Shown here: in pieces, positions 26,643-32,869 of the stretch
Layout of the letters: each line of letters begins with the position of its first letter
Numbering within the stretch: the first letter of the stretch is position 1
From: Candidatus Zixiibacteriota bacterium
GTDB taxonomy: Bacteria > Zixibacteria > MSB-5A5 > CAIYYT01
Direction of reading: 5' to 3'
Assembly (NCBI GenBank): GCA_040235515.1
Contig: JBECKX010000174.1
Span: forward strand, 1 to 32,869
Length of the DNA: 32,869 nt
Made by a program: the position numbers and the translations under genes
Notes under the pieces: generated by a model
What the model was told of the DNA's origin: nothing
What the model saw: the letters and a program-made list of their open reading frames with translations, nothing else
The model's database searches: none

Positions 26643-26660
26643 AGCGTTTCACCCGCTTTC

Positions 26661-26945
26661 TCAGAGTCTGCCGATTGTCTTGCGCTGCGGCTCTGTTTGG
26701 CGGCGCACCAGCCAGATGATTATGCGGGTCACGACAGCGACTACCAGGAGGGGGACGAAGAGTCGCACGGCTGAATCCGGGGCATACTGGCGGAAGGCGT
26801 AGTAGATCACTGCAGAGATTCCCAACCAGCCGATGCGACGGAAAATGGCGTTATAGAGCACGGGGCCGCGCTCCCCTACCGAGCCGACCACGATCAGGAT
26901 GATCGCCCCGATGAACAGTAATGCTGGAAAACCAAGAATATCCAT
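26661..26945 (-). CDS. Small 3-TM membrane protein, paralogue of the adjacent gene
   Basis: 94 aa; shares M.ILGFP.LL, SVGE..PV and R..IWLV.R.T.P with the downstream gene. Confidence 0.75.
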   Translation of the reverse strand: MDILGFPALLFIGAIILIVVGSVGERGPVLYNAIFRRIGWLGISAVIYYAFRQYAPDSAVRLFVPLLVVAVVTRIIIWLVRRQTEPQRKTIGRL

Positions 26946-27074
26946 GCCGAAACCCTTTGGCGGGAGGGATTGACGCGCGCCGGCAGACTCGCCCGCAGCT
27001 TTCCCGCCATATCGTTAGGATCGGCTGGTTTTGGAGGGATTCTTTAGTTCAGATTCTGAGCAGAGAAGCAGCGC

Positions 27075-28556
27075 CTAGTTGCTCTTCTTCAGGCCCGGGA
27101 CTGATGAGAAGCGTGACATCCGCTGGCGGAGGGCTTCACGGTCCTCCATCATGCGGGACACCGGTGTGGCATCAACGCTGTCAGTTTCAGATAAGCCGTC
27201 CAGAATCTGGGTGAAATCGAGGTTGCTGGCGCCGATGGTGACGCGCCGAGGTACCGTTTCGCCGTTCTCGATCACGAAAACCAGCTTGGTATCCTTCGAC
27301 ATTCCGCCGCCGCGACCACCCCATTGCCCCATACCGCCGGCTCCGCCGAACTGGCCGCCGCCGGGTCTTCCGGCCCAGTGTCCGCCGCCCGGACGACCAC
27401 CTGCACCAGCGGGACCGCCCGGCATGCCACCCGGCATTCCACCCGGTTTGCCGTTGGCATTGGGAGTTGCACTCGCCCTGGCGGTGCTGTCGCCTGCTTC
27501 ACCCTCGGCTGCTTGTTTCTGATTTTCGTCGATTTTGTCGCCGCCCGGCTTGCGTGTTTCAGGATTATCTTGTGCGGCATCCTGGCCGCCGGGACCGCCA
27601 CCCATCATTCCGGCCATCATGCCGAGCTTTCGGGGGTCACGGATAGCGGCGTTGGGCACCAATAGGGCATCGCGCGCAAAGGCGGTCACGATCTCCACAC
27701 TGGAGTTCATGCCGCTCTTGAGCTGGCGGTTCTGGTTGTCGACTTTGGTGGTCACCTCGAACACCGTCACGTTTTGCTCTTCGAGTGCGACGGGGGAGAT
27801 CCGTAGCACGGTGCCGCGAAAGACCTCGTCCGGATAGGCGTCCGCTTCCACCTCTACCGGTTGTCCAACCTGCACCTTGCCGATGTCGGTTTCATCCACC
27901 TGCGCGACGATGAAAACCGAATCAACCTGGGCGATTTCCATCAATGCGGTGCCCCCGGTCACCGTGGAGGTCCCGGAGGAGATGATGTTGCCGGTTTCGA
28001 TCGGGCAACGTAAGATCAAGCCGCTGATTGGGGCGCGAATAACGGTGTCATCCAGCCGCTTTCTGGCGTCAGACACCGAGGCTTCGGCGCGAACCAGTTG
28101 TGCTTTGGCCTGCTCGACGGCGAGCTTGGCTTGGTCGAGTTCAGCTTCCGAGAGAAGCTGGGCATCGAACAACTGTTGCTGACGCTGCAGCTCGCGCTGC
28201 TGTGTTTCGAGAGAGGCTTTGGCTACCTCGAGGTCTGCCCTGGCTTTGTCGTATTCGTACTGAACGGTTTCGGGATCGATCTTGCAGAGGAGTTGTCCCT
28301 TCTCGACATAATCACCGGCTTCGAAGTTTAATTCGATCACTTCGCCGGAAGCCTTGGATTTGACCTCAACAGTCTTGACCGGCTCCACTTTACCGGAGGA
28401 ATTGATCGTGACGCGGAGATTGCCTCGGGTCGGTGTAACGATTTGCTGAGACATGGCGGCCTGCTGTCCCTCTTGCGAGCTACCGAAGCCGAAGAGCAGA
28501 TACCATGCTCCTGCTGCAACAACGATTACGATTATGGCAATGATTAGCTTCTTCAT
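27075..28556 (-). CDS. Efflux periplasmic adaptor subunit (MacA/HlyD-like) with Gly-rich insertion
   Basis: Start MKKLII followed by a TM anchor. Motifs: VEVKSKASG, GDYVEKGQLL, IRAPISG, VDETDIGKV..GQ, LKSGM, LLVPNAA. Confidence 0.92.
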   Translation of the reverse strand: MKKLIIAIIVIVVAAGAWYLLFGFGSSQEGQQAAMSQQIVTPTRGNLRVTINSSGKVEPVKTVEVKSKASGEVIELNFEAGDYVEKGQLLCKIDPETVQYEYDKARADLEVAKASLETQQRELQRQQQLFDAQLLSEAELDQAKLAVEQAKAQLVRAEASVSDARKRLDDTVIRAPISGLILRCPIETGNIISSGTSTVTGGTALMEIAQVDSVFIVAQVDETDIGKVQVGQPVEVEADAYPDEVFRGTVLRISPVALEEQNVTVFEVTTKVDNQNRQLKSGMNSSVEIVTAFARDALLVPNAAIRDPRKLGMMAGMMGGGPGGQDAAQDNPETRKPGGDKIDENQKQAAEGEAGDSTARASATPNANGKPGGMPGGMPGGPAGAGGRPGGGHWAGRPGGGQFGGAGGMGQWGGRGGGMSKDTKLVFVIENGETVPRRVTIGASNLDFTQILDGLSETDSVDATPVSRMMEDREALRQRMSRFSSVPGLKKSN

Positions 28557-28712
28557 ACTCTTCTTATACGCTCCAGTGGCCGGGGCGGCCTTCCAAATCA
28601 AGGGTTTCGATTCGAGATGGTCGAGGAAGTGTCTGTTTCTACGACCGAGTCTCAAGCTGTCGATCAAGTTGTCAGGACACGGAGTGCCAGATTATCTAGA
28701 AATCGCGGTAGC

Positions 28713-28741
28713 ACAATACCACAATGCTTCGACACCGTCAA
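28713..28741 (-). promoter_or_regulatory. sigma70-like promoter for the adaptor gene
   Basis: TTGACG-17nt-TATTGT on the minus strand. Confidence 0.55.
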
Positions 28742-28917
28742 GCTGCGAGAACTTGCGTATATTCAATTGAATTGCGCAGGATTGGGTTGGTATCAGATCA
28801 GGCAGAGGTTTCGCCACCAGATAAGGCAGGCACAAAGGTATCGGGCCGGAACTGCCGATAAAGATATACTGAGTTCGCCTTCTCAGGGGCATTCTGATAA
28901 GCCATGAGGTCTGACTG

Positions 28918-30219
28918 TTGAAATCACGCATCACTACAGATTTTCCGCTGCGGAAGCCGGCCGGTATGGCGCTGGCGGCGGCGCTGAAGTTGGCGCTGTC
29001 GGCGGCATTGGCAGCAATCGTGCTCGTAATCGGCTGCAGCTTTCAATCGACCGATGAGCTTAAGGCGTTGGCGGTAGAATCGATCGAACGTGTCGACTCG
29101 CTGGCCGAACTCAGCTACCAATCGGCCAACGTCGAGATGCAGCGCTTCACCGGCTTCATACATCAGTTGCGGAAACGGGATAGCAAGACCGACTGGGTAC
29201 AGGCCGTGCTGGGCGAGGCGCGGGTATACCCCGAAGTGATCAATCCGTTGCGTTATAACATCGATCCAGCGCGGCAGTATGCGATGCTCGCGAAGGCTGA
29301 GACGAGCCTGTTCCACTTGACCGCGCTCTGGAACCTGGCGCGAGTTCCTCTCTGGGAGACCGACAGGACGAATCACTACCTGATGGAGGGAATGCTTGCG
29401 GCAGGCAAGCCGGATCTTGCGATCGAGGTGCTGGCGATGATTCCTCCGGACCAGCAGCGGAGTGCTGCGATCGATGCGATCTCGCTCTGGTACACTCAAC
29501 ACACCGGCGATACGGCAGCCGTGAGGCCGACCGAATCGGCGATCGCGCTGCTCGTGGAACTGACATTGGAGATTCGTCCCCTTTCGCAGCGGACGCTCGC
29601 GATACTGAACACCGGGGCTTTGCTTGAAGATCTTGGCTATGATGCTGAGGCGGAGGCGCTGGCAAACAAAGGTTTGAACGTGAGCGTGGATGATCAGGGC
29701 AATCCGTTCGTGGCATCCGCCGCTTTCAATAATATCGGCCGGGCAATCGGGACAGAGAAAAACCCGCAACTGGTTCAGCCCGACCCGCAGGATCATCCCG
29801 CCTGGAACAGATTGAGTGAGGCCAACGAGATGCTGCGGACGTGCCAGTCAGACAGTCAGCGAGTCTCACTTTTGATCGAGCTAGCCACCGGGAATATCGA
29901 GACGGGGAATCGGGAGCTGGGATTGCAGCAACTGGATGTCGCGCAGATGTTCCTGCAGTTACTTGATAGCGAACGGCAGGGGGACTTTATCAAAGAGAAG
30001 TTGCTGCTGGCAGCCAGAACGTACGCCCGCGCAGGTTATCTTAATTCTGCACTGCGGGTACTTTCAGATCGTCGGCTCGAGTTATCCGATACCTGGGTCT
30101 CACTGACGCTGACCGATATCTCGGTCGAGTTGGCGCAGCGGGAGAGTCCACTCGACGGCGAGTCGAGATTGGCGCTGCATCAATTCATTCAGGATCAGAT
30201 TCTGCAGTTCGGGATTTAG
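28918..30219 (+). CDS. Hypothetical alpha-helical (TPR-like) lipoprotein
   Basis: Long ORF with a hydrophobic stretch ending VIGC (lipobox) and Ala/Leu-rich helical repeats. The start may be ATG at 28966. Confidence 0.65.
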   Translation: MKSRITTDFPLRKPAGMALAAALKLALSAALAAIVLVIGCSFQSTDELKALAVESIERVDSLAELSYQSANVEMQRFTGFIHQLRKRDSKTDWVQAVLGEARVYPEVINPLRYNIDPARQYAMLAKAETSLFHLTALWNLARVPLWETDRTNHYLMEGMLAAGKPDLAIEVLAMIPPDQQRSAAIDAISLWYTQHTGDTAAVRPTESAIALLVELTLEIRPLSQRTLAILNTGALLEDLGYDAEAEALANKGLNVSVDDQGNPFVASAAFNNIGRAIGTEKNPQLVQPDPQDHPAWNRLSEANEMLRTCQSDSQRVSLLIELATGNIETGNRELGLQQLDVAQMFLQLLDSERQGDFIKEKLLLAARTYARAGYLNSALRVLSDRRLELSDTWVSLTLTDISVELAQRESPLDGESRLALHQFIQDQILQFGI

Positions 30220-30259
30220 TCAGTCAGCCAGCCATCCGTCGATCAGCCGTTTGCGCAGG

Positions 30260-31048
30260 CTACATCTTCATTCCACGCACATATTGACCATCGGCGTAAC
30301 CCCAGTCGACGACACTCAGCCACGCATTGATGTAATCACTGCGACGGTTCTGGTACTTGAGGTAGTAGGCGTGCTCCCAGACGTCGATTCCCACCACCGG
30401 GACCTGACCTGCACTCCAGGGGCTGTCCTGGTTTGAGGTCTTGGTAATCTTCAGTTTGCCGTTCTCGATGACGAGCCAGGCCCAGCCTGAGCCGAAGACA
30501 GATCCGGCGGCAGCGGCGAATTCATCCTTGAAGCTCTTGAAATCTCCCCAGTCTGAGCGAATCTGATCACCAAGGGATCCGCGCGGGTCGCCACCACCTT
30601 TGGGGGCCATGCAGTTCCAGAAGAGGGTATGGTTTACATGCCCACCACACATGTTGCGCACGGAGGTTTTGATTTCAGCGGGCACCTGATCGAGGTTCTT
30701 GACCAACTCGATCGGAGTCATGCTCTGCAGTTCCTTGTGGCCCTCGAGGGCTTTGTTGAGACCGTTGACATATCCCTGGTGGTGTTTGTCATGGTGGATT
30801 GTCATCGTTTCTTCGTCGATGTAGGGCATCAATGCGTTCTTGGCGTAGTTGAGCGGCGGGAGTTTATAGGGGTATTGGTCGAGCACAGTTGCGCCCTGCT
30901 GGGCATTTGCCAGTGAAGCGCCGAGGATCGACGGTGCTGCTATGGCCGCTGCTCCCAGCATGGCGGTTTTCTTGACGAAATCTCTCCGCGAGATCGCTTC
31001 GCTGGTTCCTTGCTCGTTTTCCTGATTTGCCTGATTCAATTCTGCCAT
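30260..31048 (-). CDS. Mn/Fe superoxide dismutase with twin-arginine signal
   Basis: Motifs [29 protein letters not shown] and [13 protein letters not shown]. The Tat motif is SRRDFVK, and there is a strong AGGAGG RBS. Confidence 0.96.
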   Translation of the reverse strand: MAELNQANQENEQGTSEAISRRDFVKKTAMLGAAAIAAPSILGASLANAQQGATVLDQYPYKLPPLNYAKNALMPYIDEETMTIHHDKHHQGYVNGLNKALEGHKELQSMTPIELVKNLDQVPAEIKTSVRNMCGGHVNHTLFWNCMAPKGGGDPRGSLGDQIRSDWGDFKSFKDEFAAAAGSVFGSGWAWLVIENGKLKITKTSNQDSPWSAGQVPVVGIDVWEHAYYLKYQNRRSDYINAWLSVVDWGYADGQYVRGMKM

Positions 31049-31124
31049 TTACTCCTCCTCCTTGTGGACCCGACCTGCAGTGGACATTGATAACTCCCGC
31101 GAGAGTGCAGCGTTGTTTTCAATC

Positions 31125-31150
31125 TTACGCTGAGACCCGCTGAGGGTTCC
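31125..31150 (-). promoter_or_regulatory. ECF-sigma-like promoter upstream of the SOD gene
   Basis: GGAAC-16nt-CGTAA on the minus strand. Confidence 0.45.
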
Positions 31151-31322
31151 TTACCACGAAGTTCACTTCCTGAAAATCGAAGTGGTTGCTCTGCTCCCAG
31201 GTTATTTGTTAAACGCTGAGTCTGGTATAGGTATTGGTAGCGGTCTTGGGGAGGAAGCAGGATCAGGTTGAGGATATCAGCATAACTGAGTCGCTGTTTA
31301 CTTCTGTTGTTGAGCGCTTCGA

Positions 31323-31364
31323 TTTTATACAACTTTTCTTTTATATAAAATGTATATTGTAAAA
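31323..31364. promoter_or_regulatory. AT-rich promoter/operator of the ArsR-like gene
   Basis: Perfect palindrome TTTTATATAAAA at 31339-31350, and a -10-like TATATT at 31353-31358 just before the ATG. Confidence 0.5.
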
Positions 31365-31963
31365 TGATGAAAGAAGTCCACCTGATAGAAAAACTTCCCG
31401 AGGCGCTCGAGCTACTCAAGCCATTGCGGGTCAATATCTTAAGAGAGGTGGCGGAGCCGAACACGTGCACGGAGATCGCCGAGAGGCTGGGGCTGACGCC
31501 GCAGAAGGTCAATTATCATATCAAGGTGATGCTGAAGGCGGGGCTGGTGGAACAGGTCCGCGAGAGGCAGGTGCGGGGAACGTTGGAGAAGACCTACCAG
31601 GCGGTAGCCAACTCATTCTGGCTGGCGCCGGGGCTGGTTAGCCAACTGGGCGGCAAGCAGCGGGGGCGCAACAAGGTCAGCTTCGACTACCTGGTGCAAC
31701 TGGCGCAGGGTTTCCAGCTGCAGCTGGCGCGGCTGGCCGCACGCGAGGATGACCCTCCCACTGTCGGACTGGAGGCCAATATCTATCTGCGCAGCCAGCA
31801 GGAACGGCAGGAGTTCCTGCATGATGTCAATATCGCGATCCGGCGACTGGCGGAGAAATATGGGAAACGTGACGATGAGCCGGAGTTTGCCGATCAGCTC
31901 GATCGCGACTTCAAGCTGGTGCTCGGCTGCTATCCCGATCCTGACAGAGAGCAAAATAAGTAA
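31364..31963 (+). CDS. ArsR-like winged helix-turn-helix regulator
   Basis: PLRVNIL...T..EIAERLGLTPQKVNYHIK.M..AGLVE....R..RG..EK.Y. Confidence 0.9.
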   Translation: MMKEVHLIEKLPEALELLKPLRVNILREVAEPNTCTEIAERLGLTPQKVNYHIKVMLKAGLVEQVRERQVRGTLEKTYQAVANSFWLAPGLVSQLGGKQRGRNKVSFDYLVQLAQGFQLQLARLAAREDDPPTVGLEANIYLRSQQERQEFLHDVNIAIRRLAEKYGKRDDEPEFADQLDRDFKLVLGCYPDPDREQNK

Positions 31964-31988
31964 ATCACGATAGAGATTGGAGTTCGCT

Positions 31989-32867
31989 ATGAGTGAGAAG
32001 CACACTCAGATACTGCGCGTGCGGATCAGAAAACCGGCCGCCGCTGTTTTTGCGGCGATGACAGACTCGGCGCAGTTGACAAAGTGGTTTGCCGAGCATG
32101 CGCTGTTCGATGCAGGGAAGAAGGAGTTTCGGTTCTGGGGGAGGTATACTCCGGAAACACCATCCGAGGCGGATAGCGCCTGTCCCATCAGTCGTCTTGA
32201 GGAAGCAAAGCTCCTGGAGTTTAAGTGGAACCTGCGTGGCGCCACCACAACCGCAACGCTTGAGTTGGAGCAGTCCGAGAACGGTACATTGGTGACAATG
32301 GTGCATTCCGACATTCCCTCCAGGCCCGATACGCACTATTCCCTTACCGACTTCTGGTATGGTGCGCTCGAGAACCTGCGGGGCTGGGTGGAACGGCAGG
32401 CAACAGGGCTGTTTGCGGACTACAGTCGCATCCCCAAGAGCAAAGTGGAATTGGCCGCTGAGATTGATGCCGCTCCTGAGCAGGTGTTTGATGCTTTGAT
32501 GAACCCGAGCAAGGTCGACAGGGTTTTCATGGGGAAATCGGAGATCGAGCCGCGCGAGGGTGGCAAGTACACTTACGGCTGGCCGGAGGATGGCCCGCTG
32601 AAGATTCTGGAGTTGAAGCCGAACGAGAAGTTGACCCTCGAATGGCATTACAAGGATGAAGAGCGCACCGTTCTTACCTGGGAATTGAAGGGTTCAGGGG
32701 GGCGGACGCATCTGACGCTGGTGCATTCCGGATTCGCTGCGGATCGCGATATGGGCGACTACAACGCGGGTTGGATCTCATTCCTGGGCATGATCAAGGG
32801 AATGATCGAGACCGGCGATGCCTGGAAGGCACCGGAGAAACTTGGTGTAGGGCATGGGGTGGTGTAG
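31989..32867 (+). CDS. Tandem SRPBCC/AHSA1-like domain protein
   Basis: Two repeats: P...VF.A.TD...L.KW and APEQVFDAL.NP...; each ends T.(V/L)T.VHS...W...L. ATG at 31989 follows GGAG. Confidence 0.9.
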   Translation: MSEKHTQILRVRIRKPAAAVFAAMTDSAQLTKWFAEHALFDAGKKEFRFWGRYTPETPSEADSACPISRLEEAKLLEFKWNLRGATTTATLELEQSENGTLVTMVHSDIPSRPDTHYSLTDFWYGALENLRGWVERQATGLFADYSRIPKSKVELAAEIDAAPEQVFDALMNPSKVDRVFMGKSEIEPREGGKYTYGWPEDGPLKILELKPNEKLTLEWHYKDEERTVLTWELKGSGGRTHLTLVHSGFAADRDMGDYNAGWISFLGMIKGMIETGDAWKAPEKLGVGHGVV

Positions 32868-32869
32868 GG

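Noticed and set aside
28833..28861. sigma28 promoter (perfect GCCGATAA) before the 433-aa lipoprotein
   Set aside because: The -35 element is poor and mis-spaced, so it is too weak to call.
32844..32869. GGTGTAGGG direct repeat at the window edge
   Set aside because: Too short and truncated by the window end to interpret.

Overview
GC-rich bacterial chromosomal segment. The protein families (FlgD-Ig/T9SS-type-A C-terminal domains, Cys-flanked 'GDADGSGxxSIGDAV' dockerins) suggest an FCB-group organism such as candidate division Zixibacteria; this is inference, not verified. The left third (1-10240, minus strand) is a run of five secreted, apparently non-catalytic proteins. Three large ones share a cohesin / cadherin-Ig / cohesin / dockerin / CTD layout, one has cohesin + Cys-rich region + dockerin, and one is a truncated cadherin-repeat protein missed by the ORF track. 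A further small dockerin-tagged protein lies at 14.2-14.8 kb. Together they look like a cellulosome-type assembly kit without enzymes, possibly a self-polymerising surface scaffold. Its long intergenic regions hold sigma54/sigma70-like promoters, orphan Shine-Dalgarno arrays and two candidate structured ncRNAs. The rest of the window contains two HDOD signalling genes, a pilin-like gene, a split carbamoyltransferase/SxtJ/SxtK/SGNH module, HU, an ATP-grasp protein, a membrane-TPR protein, a DRG-like GTPase, a PD40 lipoprotein, a tandem pair of small membrane paralogues, an orphan MacA-like adaptor, a Tat-exported SOD and an ArsR-SRPBCC pair. No rRNA, tRNA, CRISPR or transposase was seen. All domain calls are by eye from motifs; no searches were run.
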